Origin: a virus
Length of the DNA stretch: 64,000 nucleotides
Reading direction: 5' to 3' (one strand)
Virus record (IMG/VR): IMGVR_UViG_3300032236_000971
Span: 32,001-96,000 of that record
Shown: in pieces, positions 54,872 to 64,000 of the stretch
How positions within the stretch are numbered: position 1 is the first letter of the stretch
How the letters are laid out: each line of letters begins with the position of its first letter
The notes under the pieces: generated by a model
Database searches by the model: none
What the model was told of the DNA's origin: nothing
Seen by the model: the letters and a program-made list of their open reading frames with translations, nothing else
Translations under genes and position numbers: made by a program

Positions 54872-55786
54872 ATGGCAATGGAAACGTATTTTAAAAACTT
54901 TAACAAGATACAATATGGTGGCGACACGGTAATTGATATTACAGAGCGTGTTGTTACGTTGAGCAACGTTCAGAAGAACCCTATTGCGTATTATCCTTAT
55001 GATATATCAATGGGCGACCGTCCAGATCAAATTGCATATGATTTATACAAAGACCCATACACAAGCTGGATTCTTTATCTATCCAACGACATATTAGACC
55101 CGTATTATGATTGGTATTTGAGTCAGGAGCAGTTTAATCAGTTTATTGTTTTCAAATATGGATCATTATCAAACGCAACTCAAAAGATAGCATATTGGAG
55201 AAACGATTGGGTAGACAAGCCTAATATTTCTACATTAGAATATGATTCAGAGATAGTAAACAATCCAGCAAGATTAAAGTATTGGACACCAAACTATAAC
55301 GCATACAACGGTATTATAGATTACTCTAGAGTAAAAGAGGATTGGGTATCTAATACAAACAGAACGGTTGAGTATAATATAGTTTCAGCAAACCCTAATT
55401 TTATACTTGGCGAGTTTGTTGATATTGCGTTCAATGATGAGGATCAAAATACAGGCAGAGGCCAGATTGTTGCGTTTAGCGATTCTGTAGTTACTATAAA
55501 TCAAACTATTGGTCATGTTGTTCCAGGAATGGAAGGCACATTACAGTTTTATGAAGGTATTCCATTTTCTACTCTAATAGGCAGGGAAAGCGGAGCCTTC
55601 TCTAGAATTATGTCTGGTCAAGTAACAATGACTAATATATCAAATGATGAAATAGCTTATTGGAAGCCAGTGTCTTATTATGATATGGAGAATGAAAAGA
55701 ATGAAGGTAATAAGTTTATTCAGACTCTACAACCTCAGTTTGCACCAAAGTATGTTAAGAATGTTAAAGATCTGTTGAGATTATAA
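54872..55786 (+). CDS. gp53: Baseplate wedge protein
   Basis: YF..F..I.Y, RPD.IA...Y, W.....N...DP..DW and E..KNE motifs. Confidence 0.85.
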   Translation: MAMETYFKNFNKIQYGGDTVIDITERVVTLSNVQKNPIAYYPYDISMGDRPDQIAYDLYKDPYTSWILYLSNDILDPYYDWYLSQEQFNQFIVFKYGSLSNATQKIAYWRNDWVDKPNISTLEYDSEIVNNPARLKYWTPNYNAYNGIIDYSRVKEDWVSNTNRTVEYNIVSANPNFILGEFVDIAFNDEDQNTGRGQIVAFSDSVVTINQTIGHVVPGMEGTLQFYEGIPFSTLIGRESGAFSRIMSGQVTMTNISNDEIAYWKPVSYYDMENEKNEGNKFIQTLQPQFAPKYVKNVKDLLRL

Positions 55787-55787
55787 A

Positions 55788-57014
55788 ATGACTTCGTTTA
55801 ATCCGGGTGATGTTGAAATACAAGACTTAACTATCAGCTCTCCAAGAAATGGATCTTGGCAGGCAGCATTTAATTGTCTAACAGTAGATATCTTTGAGTC
55901 TATTTTTGCTCCTACTGTTATGGCTACTATAGTTATCTTTGATGATCTAGATAATATAGGACGAATGCAAATAGCAGGTGATGAAACGGTTAGCCTATAC
56001 ATATACAATCCTAATGGAGAATCGTTCGGATATGAATTCCATTTAAATAGCGTAAAAAATATTGAATCCAAAGGAGCATTGAAGTCAAAACAATACTCTA
56101 TCGAATGTGTTTCTCGTGAAGCATTGACTGGACAGAGCAATCAAGTTCAAAAAGCATATAATGATACTGTTGATGGAATTGTTGCTGATCTTCATTATAG
56201 TTATAGTAACAGCAATCTACCTATATTCACTGAGACAACAAAGGGTGTTCGTAACTATGTTGTAACCAGTCAGCCATCATTTCATGCTATTGAAACGCTA
56301 AGACAAGAAGCTGTATCTGAACAAAACAAAGGTTCTAACTATATGTTTTGGCAGACTTGGAGAGGCTTTTATTTCCAATCGTTAGAATATATGATTACTC
56401 AGGGTGACGTTAGAGAATTTACACAAGACAACACAGTTGGAAGTTCGTTATCTAAATCTCCTTACAATAATATAATTAACTGGGACGTAAAACAAAGCAT
56501 GGACGCCACTAATCGAATTCATGCTGGTGTTCTTAATCAGCGTGTAACGTCATATGATCCTCATACACATAAGTATGTCTCTCAAGATTTTAAACTAGGC
56601 GATAGTGATACTTCTTCGCTTGGTGCTAGTGTTACAGCTTCATCAACGTTTGCTGCTTTATTTCCTGATGCTGTACGTACAATACATAGAGTAAACAATC
56701 CAAGTGCTACAATTAATGTTGGAAAGGCGTATGTAGCAGCTGCTATTCCTTACAAGCAACTCAATCTAGCTCAGATGCAAGAACAGTTAATGAATATGAC
56801 TGTTATTGGAGACCCTAATTTAGAGCCAGGTAAGACTGTTAATAATGTTGTATATAAGATTACTGCTGAAACAGACTCTATGGAATTAGATTCTAGAATA
56901 AGTGGACGTTGGTTAATTGCTAAAACGCATCATCAAATACAAATGATGGATGTTAAGCCAAGATATATTTGTCAATTGGAATGTTTAAAGGGTGGATATG
57001 AGGAATCAGTATAA
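55788..57014 (+). CDS. Baseplate hub protein (gp27-like)
   Basis: IFESIF, G.E, F.SLE, GD....PG and SG.WLI...H motifs; lies between gp53 and gp5. Confidence 0.7.
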   Translation: MTSFNPGDVEIQDLTISSPRNGSWQAAFNCLTVDIFESIFAPTVMATIVIFDDLDNIGRMQIAGDETVSLYIYNPNGESFGYEFHLNSVKNIESKGALKSKQYSIECVSREALTGQSNQVQKAYNDTVDGIVADLHYSYSNSNLPIFTETTKGVRNYVVTSQPSFHAIETLRQEAVSEQNKGSNYMFWQTWRGFYFQSLEYMITQGDVREFTQDNTVGSSLSKSPYNNIINWDVKQSMDATNRIHAGVLNQRVTSYDPHTHKYVSQDFKLGDSDTSSLGASVTASSTFAALFPDAVRTIHRVNNPSATINVGKAYVAAAIPYKQLNLAQMQEQLMNMTVIGDPNLEPGKTVNNVVYKITAETDSMELDSRISGRWLIAKTHHQIQMMDVKPRYICQLECLKGGYEESV

Positions 57015-57328
57015 TGACTAATAGTTCGCTTGGTTCAAATATGGAATACTTTGTTGCTGAGGTTAGGGACATTCGTGACCCTGACGAGGGCGGCGGTAAA
57101 ATAAAGATTATTGTTCACGGTCAACACAATGCTGGTGAAGAACGTATTGAAGACGATAAACTTCCATGGGCGCATTGCTTAATGAATAATACGCCATCAT
57201 TAAACGGCGTTGGTGATTCAGTTAATTATCTAGCAGGTAGCACTGTTATTGGGTTCTGGTTAGATCCAAAAACAAAACAAATACCAATTATTATTGGTTC
57301 ACTTCATCGTTCAGCACTTCCAAAATAG
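57014..57328 (+). CDS. gp5 N-terminal OB-fold domain (stand-alone)
   Basis: V.D..DP...G.I.I...G.H, LPWA and GS.V.GF.LD...Q.P.I.G motifs. Confidence 0.8.
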   Translation: MTNSSLGSNMEYFVAEVRDIRDPDEGGGKIKIIVHGQHNAGEERIEDDKLPWAHCLMNNTPSLNGVGDSVNYLAGSTVIGFWLDPKTKQIPIIIGSLHRSALPK

Positions 57329-57337
57329 AGATAAAAT

Positions 57338-58882
57338 ATGGCAGGTCAACCAGATAACGTAGAAGGCGAAGGCGATTGGACAGCAAACCCATCTAGATTT
57401 GGGTTTATGGGTTCTGCTAAAAGCGCATCTGTAATGAACGATGACGGTAGTCCGGTAAAGCCTCCTGCTGTTAGCGGCGCATTAACTTTTAAAACAGATA
57501 CAAACTGGGGAACCAACCCAGAAATAGCTCGTGAGAAAACATCTGAAGTAAGTAAAGAAGCTAGTGCTGTTGATCATTCTAGAAAAGTAAAGAAAGAACA
57601 GTCTAACGGTAAGTTAGATCCGGATCATCCGTCAGCTGTATCTCAAGATCAATCTATGAGCATTCTTGACGCAGGTATGGCAGCTAACCCAGCAGCATTA
57701 GGTAACGTGCTTCAAAAAGCAATGCAATCTATGGTTATGCTAAAGATGATGGACAAGCTTACAAGTCCAGCTGGTATTTTATCTATGGCTTCTGGTGGTA
57801 TGGGAGGCGCATTACAGGGATTAGCTGGTTCCGTTGGTCTTGGCTCTATGCTTGGCGCTTTAAATCAAGTTATGCCAAAGCTATCTACATCTGGATTATT
57901 AAATGGTTCAGCAACAGATATGCTTCATACTGGAATGATGGGTATGATGAACAACGTTGCTGTTGGTGCATTGGCTGCTCATGAAGTTGCGGCTGCTCAT
58001 TCAAGAGCTTCAACTATTAAAGGAGCAATGACTGCTATTCATTCGGCTAACGGTATTGACGCAATTGATGCGGTATTAGATTTTGGTGGTCCGGCATTCG
58101 GTTTAACACCAGGATCATTAGCATCTAAAATAGCAGTTACATTACCTAATAATACTCTTAGAACAAGTGGTGTTTATAAAGGCGTTAGAGTTGATACTAC
58201 TATAGTAGCTTCACCTAATCCTCATTCAACTGCTAGAATTCCTAAGCTTACAGGATTAGAGCACGTAGAGATAGCAACAACTGCGGTAAGTAATATAACG
58301 GGCGACCTTAGTCATACATTAGGCGTTAATACAACTATTGGTGGAGCATTAGGTTCAATCAGTGATATTACTTCTGGCGTTTCGTCAGGTATTGGCGGCG
58401 CATTAACAAAGCTATCTGCGTTTAGTCATACAGACCTTGGTGGTATTGTTAATGGGGGTATGGCGGGAGTTGCTAGTGGCGGTATACAGAAAATCCTTGG
58501 CTTTTCGATGGACAGTTTATTAAGTAACGCAACTTCTTTATTACCTGGTATTGGTGGAAGCATTACAAGCACACTAGCGGCATTACCTGCGGCGGGAGCT
58601 AATGCTGGCAATCTAACTAAAGGATTAACAAACGCGACTAAGGCGTTAGGATTATCAAAGGCAGCTCATAACGTAGCGTCAAATATATTTGGTCAGGCAA
58701 GATCAGAAGCTGTTGCGAGCGCAGTTGATTCTACAGCCAATTTAGCAGCGGCTGTTAATGGACCAATCACTATGGTTACGGCGTTTGGGGATAGAATAAC
58801 ATCAGCACCAGTAACCAATAAGCTTAAATCAGCGATTCAGGTTGGCGCTCAACATATTATTGGTAGTGGACAGAGGATATAA
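57338..58882 (+). CDS. Gly/Ala/Ser-rich baseplate-associated protein between the gp5 halves
   Basis: 514-aa ORF with low-charge amphipathic segments. Confidence 0.7.
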   Translation: MAGQPDNVEGEGDWTANPSRFGFMGSAKSASVMNDDGSPVKPPAVSGALTFKTDTNWGTNPEIAREKTSEVSKEASAVDHSRKVKKEQSNGKLDPDHPSAVSQDQSMSILDAGMAANPAALGNVLQKAMQSMVMLKMMDKLTSPAGILSMASGGMGGALQGLAGSVGLGSMLGALNQVMPKLSTSGLLNGSATDMLHTGMMGMMNNVAVGALAAHEVAAAHSRASTIKGAMTAIHSANGIDAIDAVLDFGGPAFGLTPGSLASKIAVTLPNNTLRTSGVYKGVRVDTTIVASPNPHSTARIPKLTGLEHVEIATTAVSNITGDLSHTLGVNTTIGGALGSISDITSGVSSGIGGALTKLSAFSHTDLGGIVNGGMAGVASGGIQKILGFSMDSLLSNATSLLPGIGGSITSTLAALPAAGANAGNLTKGLTNATKALGLSKAAHNVASNIFGQARSEAVASAVDSTANLAAAVNGPITMVTAFGDRITSAPVTNKLKSAIQVGAQHIIGSGQRI

Positions 58883-59607
58883 TGGCAGCTCCTAAGACAG
58901 AAAACAAAGCGATAGATAAACAGCCTAATTCGGGTAGCAATCATGCGGTACAGACAAAGGTAACGCTTTCTACATTTGAGGCTTTATCTCATGATCCAGA
59001 TAATTTAGGTATACTTCGTGGTACTATGAATGGCGATGGGTCTTGGTCAACGGTACATATAGATCATAACGGTAATCAGACGGCGATTACTCATGGAGCT
59101 AATAAGGCAGCAGCACAAGCTTCTCATAGAGATGTTTCTGGTGGGCATGACGTTGAGCGTGTAGCTGGTGGGTCTCATAGTCAAAAAGCTAACGGAAGCA
59201 ACGAGGAGAATGGCGAAGCAGACACTAAGAGTGTTGATGGACCGAATATAAAGGGAGCATCAGCTTCCGATAAGATATATTCTAAGGGTGGCGACGGAAA
59301 CTTTCATCATAAGGGCGATATGACTATGATGGTCGAGGAGGGCGGATTACATTACAGTTGCGCTCAGGATTTCACTGTTGCTGCATTAGGCAGTTTAATT
59401 AAGCTTACTGCGCAGGGCGACGTAGCGGTAGAGTCAAAAGGTTCTAACATCACAGCAACATCACCGACTCAGATTAAGATGACGTGTGGCGCTGCTATTA
59501 TTCAAATGACGCCAACTATGATTAAAGCATCGGTTGGCGGATCTTATATATTGATTGAGGGCGGTAAGATAACTATTCAGGCAGGAAGAGTGGACATCAA
59601 TCCATGA
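58882..59607 (+). CDS. gp5 C-terminal beta-helix spike-like protein
   Basis: Beta-strand repeats ending ITIQAGRVDINP; upstream of PAAR. Confidence 0.7.
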   Translation: MAAPKTENKAIDKQPNSGSNHAVQTKVTLSTFEALSHDPDNLGILRGTMNGDGSWSTVHIDHNGNQTAITHGANKAAAQASHRDVSGGHDVERVAGGSHSQKANGSNEENGEADTKSVDGPNIKGASASDKIYSKGGDGNFHHKGDMTMMVEEGGLHYSCAQDFTVAALGSLIKLTAQGDVAVESKGSNITATSPTQIKMTCGAAIIQMTPTMIKASVGGSYILIEGGKITIQAGRVDINP

Positions 59608-59801
59608 GTCATAAGTTTGTTATATTAAATAAAGGTATTTTAGAAACTTACACTAAATATGAAGATATACCTGAATCTTTTGACAATGTAATAGAGTTTT
59701 TACCTGAGATTCCTGATGGTCCACACGCTGATGATGAGCATGATATAATTGATCAGTGGAACGATAAGTTAAGGGAGCTTATGAAGAGGGAAACGAATTG
59801 A
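59604..59801 (+). CDS. Small conserved protein near PAAR
   Basis: YEDIP..FD.VI.F.P..P..PH...H motif. Confidence 0.7.
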   Translation: MSHKFVILNKGILETYTKYEDIPESFDNVIEFLPEIPDGPHADDEHDIIDQWNDKLRELMKRETN

Positions 59802-60256
59802 TTACATTATCTCCTACGACATTATCTGCTATTAGAAGAAACACTTCTTTCAGCACTGTTATAACGATAACACCAGAAGAAGGCGAGACGATAAACACTA
59901 TATCAGTAACACCTTCAGTTGTTGACAATCATATAACAATAACGACATCAGCCGAAGATTCTACAGTAACTTTAAGTGGCATGTATGTTAGTGGGTTTCA
60001 TGATACAGCAAAGTATGTAAGCAAGGGCAGTAGCAACAGATTAGAAGTACCAACAGTTGTTACTAGTTTAGATTTATTACCGCCGCATAAGGATTTATTT
60101 GAGTTTAATCAGGATGGAGCGTCAAGTATAACGATAGATTATGTTATTAGTGTAAAGTATGATTCTGAGGTGATTGATACAGAGACTATATCACAGACAG
60201 TTCAAAACAGCCCAACATTAGGGTATAACATATTAAATAGTTATTTCGGGAGTTAG
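59798..60256 (+). CDS. Hypothetical structural protein
   Basis: TTG start overlapping the previous stop; Thr/Ser-rich. Confidence 0.6.
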   Translation: MITLSPTTLSAIRRNTSFSTVITITPEEGETINTISVTPSVVDNHITITTSAEDSTVTLSGMYVSGFHDTAKYVSKGSSNRLEVPTVVTSLDLLPPHKDLFEFNQDGASSITIDYVISVKYDSEVIDTETISQTVQNSPTLGYNILNSYFGS

Positions 60257-60257
60257 A

Positions 60258-60551
60258 ATGCCAGCAGCAACAAGAATAGGCGACGCAGATATACCGCATT
60301 GTTCCGGAATGTGTAGAGCACAGGGCTCTGGTAACGTATTTGTAAACGGTCGTCCGTGGAGTTTACAGGGACACAACAACACAGTTCATTTGAAGCCAGG
60401 CGGCAGATTTTGTATTGCTCATTCGGCAGCTATAACAACAGGATCAACATCAGTGTTTGTTAATGGCGTAGGGGCAGGAAGAGTTGGAGACGCTATTTCT
60501 GGTTGCACTTCAGTAGCAGCTGGTTCTCCAAACGTATTTGCAGGCGGATAA
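60258..60551 (+). CDS. PAAR-repeat spike tip protein (gp5.4-like)
   Basis: MPAATRIGD...GS..VFVNG...RVGD...GS.NVF. Confidence 0.9.
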   Translation: MPAATRIGDADIPHCSGMCRAQGSGNVFVNGRPWSLQGHNNTVHLKPGGRFCIAHSAAITTGSTSVFVNGVGAGRVGDAISGCTSVAAGSPNVFAGG

Positions 60552-60556
60552 AGTAA

Positions 60557-60979
60557 ATGGTAACAAGAGCAGACACAATAACAGAACTAGCAACTAAGGT
60601 AGAGACATATTCTGATTTCTCCAACAGTTTCGCCAAGCATCCAATAACTTATGAGTTAGTAACATTAAAGAACGAAGACAGCGTCAAACAGGCATTAAAG
60701 AACCTTATACTAACAAACATAGGCGAAAGACCATTCAATCCATTCTTTGGTTCTAATGTAAGAAGAACTCTATTCGAAAACTTCTCTGTATTTACAAGAG
60801 AAGATATCGTTCGTTATGTTCAAATGGCTGCTCGTCAGTTCGAACGTAGAATTAATCTAAAAGATATTACTGTTATTGATGATGTTGATAAACAGGGTGT
60901 AAAAGTAAACGTCACTTTCTCCCTAATAAATAGACCAGAGCCTATTAATTTAAATATATTCCTTAAGAGAGTCAGATAA
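60557..60979 (+). CDS. gp25: Baseplate wedge subunit
   Basis: YSD, VKQ..KNL..T..GERPF.P.FG and FE.R motifs. Confidence 0.92.
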   Translation: MVTRADTITELATKVETYSDFSNSFAKHPITYELVTLKNEDSVKQALKNLILTNIGERPFNPFFGSNVRRTLFENFSVFTREDIVRYVQMAARQFERRINLKDITVIDDVDKQGVKVNVTFSLINRPEPINLNIFLKRVR

Positions 60980-62973
60980 TGGCAAATACTTCACTATCAT
61001 TAACAGCACTAGATTTTGATAGTTTAAAAGCAAATTTTAAAAACTATTTGACGTCTCAATCGATCTTTAAAGATTATAACTTTGAAGGTTCGAATATGAA
61101 TGTGCTGCTTGATGTGATGTCATATAATACCCATTTAAATGCCTTTTATTTAAATATGCTCGCATCGGAAATGTTTCTAGATTCTGCGCAGAAATATGAT
61201 TCTGTCGTATCGCATGCTAAAGAATTGAATTATGTTCCTAAATCAGCAAAGTCATCGTCTGCAACTGTGAGTATTAATGTAGAATATGATGGTGGTTCAC
61301 CGTTATCTATTCTAAAAGGAACAAGATTCACTGGTCAAAATTCAAATGGTTCATTCACATTCACCACTGATACTAATCAAAACTTCGTTTCCGCAAACAA
61401 CACTTATTCAAATTGCGTATTAAAGATATACGAAGGCGATTATTTCAACGATACATTCGTTATGGACTATACTCAAACCAGTCAGAAATTTATTCTATCC
61501 AATCCCAATATCGATACAGATAGTTTATCAATAACCGTTATTGAAAACGGTGTTAATACTCATTTTACCCCTACAGTATCTCTATTTGAAACCACAAGTT
61601 CATCGAATGTATATTTTCTACAGGCAGCGCAAAAGGGTCAATATGAAATAGTATTTGGTGATGGATTGCTAGGTAGAATTCCAAATAACCTTGCTACTAT
61701 TGTTGCTAACTATAGAATAACTAATGGCGATAGATCTCTAGGTATTTCAAAGTTTGTTTTATCTTCCGCTATAGGTAATCCAAGAACAGTCGTTGGGCCA
61801 ACAACAACAATAACATCAGCTATTGGTGGTTTGCCTGTCGAAGGTATTGAATCTATACGCAAGCTAGCTCCTAAGTCATTTTCGACTCAGCAAAGAGCTG
61901 TAGCATCTGACGATTATTCTTCGCTTATACTTGATCAGTTTAGAGGTCAGGTTGAGGCTGTTAACGTATATGGCGGCGAACTATTAAATCCAAAGCAGTA
62001 TGGTAGAGTTGCGGTATGTATTAAGCCTTCTGGTGGTACTATTGCTCCTAACTATATTAAGAATCAAGTATCTCTTTATCTTCAAAAGTATATTGCGTTA
62101 CCTACAAGAGTTATCATTACTGATCCTGATTATTTGTACATCGGTATTAACTCAGAGGTTCAGTATAACGTAACTGGAACTACAAAGTATGCCTATCAGA
62201 TCGAAGGTTTAATTAACGATACAATTAAACAGTATAGCAAGGCGCATCTAGAAACATTCCAAGGTGATTTCCGTTATAGTCAGTTTGTAGCACACATCGA
62301 CGAAACAGATACTAGTATAACAAGTAATAACACTAAAATCGTGATGATCAAAAGAATCACGCCTCTATTGAATTACGCTTCATCATTCGTCCTTGACTAT
62401 AATAACCCTACGGAAGCGGAAGGTTCAGCTAGCGATAACAATATATCTGCTGGATCATTCATTACTGGCGTTACTTACATAATTGTTACTGTAGGTACAA
62501 CTAACTATAGATTGATCGGCGCTGATTCAAATACAGTAGGTACAATATTCACTGCTACAGGACCAGGCGCAGGTACAGGAACTGCTAGCGTATATAATAG
62601 CGGTATTTCTAAATCCGGCTATACTAAGGGTGTAAGATTCTATGACGAGCCAATGGTTACTTCGTCAGCATTTACTTACGTTGACTCGAAAGGTGCAAAG
62701 TACGAAAACTGCTACATGCGCGACGATAACTACGGTATTATTGTAGTCTATCAAATTATCGACAGTAAATTTATTATTATTCAAGATGCTATAGGTAGCA
62801 TAGACTACAACTTAGGTATAGTTACATTAACTAACTTTGTAACATCATATTATGGAAATTATATTGCTATTCAGGTTGAGCCTAAGAATAAAGATATCAT
62901 CGTAAGTAGAGATAAAATATTGTTGATTGACCTAGCCGACGTCAACATTAATATGATACCAACTCAGAAGTAG
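60979..62973 (+). CDS. gp6: Baseplate wedge subunit
   Basis: LDFD..K, DYNFEGS, E.FLDSA, FGDG..G and Q.RAV...DY motifs. Confidence 0.95.
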   Translation: MANTSLSLTALDFDSLKANFKNYLTSQSIFKDYNFEGSNMNVLLDVMSYNTHLNAFYLNMLASEMFLDSAQKYDSVVSHAKELNYVPKSAKSSSATVSINVEYDGGSPLSILKGTRFTGQNSNGSFTFTTDTNQNFVSANNTYSNCVLKIYEGDYFNDTFVMDYTQTSQKFILSNPNIDTDSLSITVIENGVNTHFTPTVSLFETTSSSNVYFLQAAQKGQYEIVFGDGLLGRIPNNLATIVANYRITNGDRSLGISKFVLSSAIGNPRTVVGPTTTITSAIGGLPVEGIESIRKLAPKSFSTQQRAVASDDYSSLILDQFRGQVEAVNVYGGELLNPKQYGRVAVCIKPSGGTIAPNYIKNQVSLYLQKYIALPTRVIITDPDYLYIGINSEVQYNVTGTTKYAYQIEGLINDTIKQYSKAHLETFQGDFRYSQFVAHIDETDTSITSNNTKIVMIKRITPLLNYASSFVLDYNNPTEAEGSASDNNISAGSFITGVTYIIVTVGTTNYRLIGADSNTVGTIFTATGPGAGTGTASVYNSGISKSGYTKGVRFYDEPMVTSSAFTYVDSKGAKYENCYMRDDNYGIIVVYQIIDSKFIIIQDAIGSIDYNLGIVTLTNFVTSYYGNYIAIQVEPKNKDIIVSRDKILLIDLADVNINMIPTQK

Positions 62974-62977
62974 TAAT

Positions 62978-64000
62978 ATGGAATTTTCAGTAGAAAAGAA
63001 AATATCTAATTTCATCTCGGATCAATTTCCACAGTTCTACTTGGAAGAAGGTGAAAACTTCGTTCTATTCGTCAAGGCGTATTACGAATGGATGGAAAGT
63101 GGTTATGCTGTTAGTAAAGCAAATAATTCAGTTATTTCCACTAATGATTATACTGCATTATCAGCCGATGATCAAGCAAAATATGACCTTCAGCTGAATC
63201 CAATATATCAGGCTCGTAGAATTTTCGATTTACGTGATCTAGATAATACACTGGAAAGCTTTCTTGAGCATTTCCAGCAGAAGTATTTGTACGGTATTCC
63301 ATTCAACGTTATTATCAATAAACGTTTCTTGCTTAAGCATATTCTTGACGTATATCGCTCTAAGGGGAATATACAGTGTTTTAAACTACTCTTCAAGTTA
63401 ATCTATAATCAAAACGTAGAAGTATACTTACCAGGCATCGATATACTAAAACCATCCGACGGCTCATGGGTAGAAAACCGTTATATCGAAGTAACCGGAA
63501 ATACAACACTTCAAAGTATAGTAGGTAAAAGTATTGTTGGCGTTTCATCTAATACACACGCTATTGTTGAAAGCTATATTACCGAAGCGATCAATCAAAA
63601 TATTATTTCTTCATTGTTCATCAGTCATATCAATCCAAGAGGCGGTGAGTTTTTAACTGGTGAAAAAATAGTTACACTTAGCGATCAGGCTAACTCTCAG
63701 GCTATATTGAATGCTCCGACAGTATATGGCTCCGTAGATAAACTTCATATTCTAAACGGCGGTCAAGACTTTAAAGTCGGCGATATTATTAAGCTTACTC
63801 ATAGAGATATTATAACGAACGAGCTCGTTTCTAAGGGTGTGAATTCAAAGCTTAAAGTAACAGGAACTACATCAGTTACTGGTACAATTGATTTTAATAT
63901 TGAAAGAGGTGGCTTTGGTTACTTGGCTAATGCTCAAGTATACATGTATAGAGGCGAAGGTGATACAACTGGTCAAGATGCGTTTTTTCAAGTAGATCAG
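62978..64000 (+). CDS. gp7: Baseplate wedge subunit, 3'-truncated (not in ORF track)
   Basis: MEFSVEKKISNFISDQFPQFY...FV.FVKAYYEW, Y.SKG...FKLLF..Y and PSDG.W motifs; runs off the window. Confidence 0.8.
   Translation, partial: MEFSVEKKISNFISDQFPQFYLEEGENFVLFVKAYYEWMESGYAVSKANNSVISTNDYTALSADDQAKYDLQLNPIYQARRIFDLRDLDNTLESFLEHFQQKYLYGIPFNVIINKRFLLKHILDVYRSKGNIQCFKLLFKLIYNQNVEVYLPGIDILKPSDGSWVENRYIEVTGNTTLQSIVGKSIVGVSSNTHAIVESYITEAINQNIISSLFISHINPRGGEFLTGEKIVTLSDQANSQAILNAPTVYGSVDKLHILNGGQDFKVGDIIKLTHRDIITNELVSKGVNSKLKVTGTTSVTGTIDFNIERGGFGYLANAQVYMYRGEGDTTGQDAFFQVDQ

Noticed and set aside
57326-57340. Stop-codon read-through joining gp5-N to the in-frame 514-aa ORF
   Set aside because: Two in-frame stops (TAG, then TAA) intervene and no suppressor tRNA is seen in the window.
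836-63396. Many short opposite-strand or nested ORFs in the ORF track (e.g. 836-1147, 3971-4504, 33363-33860, 41773-42021, 63208-63396)
   Set aside because: They are shadows of well-supported genes or RNAs and lack an RBS or recognisable motifs.
1-64000. Alternative genetic code
   Set aside because: Conserved genes are full length under code 11 and end in TAA, TGA or TAG.

Overview
A 64-kb segment of a large T4-like myovirus genome (standard genetic code). The host is very probably an Alphaproteobacterium, judged from a permuted two-piece tmRNA with an ANDN...AA tag. From left to right: (i) a late cluster of putative internal head proteins, Dps and tail-fibre-like genes; (ii) primase gp61 and thyX; (iii) a late, tightly packed operon csgF-csgG-curlin-FecR-curlin-CHASE2 adenylate cyclase-GT2-PlcP/LpxH2-like phosphoesterase, facing two YvrJ-like membrane genes; (iv) nrdA/nrdB, a GIY-YIG nuclease, tRNAs, cell-wall hydrolases, redox and polyamine auxiliary genes, RNase H, PhoH and an exonuclease; (v) an early region with repeated sigma70-type promoters; (vi) tmRNA, tRNA-Arg, gp33, gp59 and gp32; (vii) the baseplate module (holin, two paralogous hub/tape-measure-like proteins with three hydrolase domains, gp51, gp26, gp54, gp2, gp4, gp48, gp53, gp27-like hub, split gp5, PAAR, gp25, gp6, partial gp7). 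The most notable observations are the curli/FecR/CHASE2-cyclase/phosphoesterase cassette, an apparent -1 frameshift joining gp26 to a start-less gp51, RBS-occluding hairpins tied to late promoters, the permuted tmRNA, and an unexplained structured RNA at about 2.1 kb. All family assignments come from motif recognition by eye; no database search or folding program was run.
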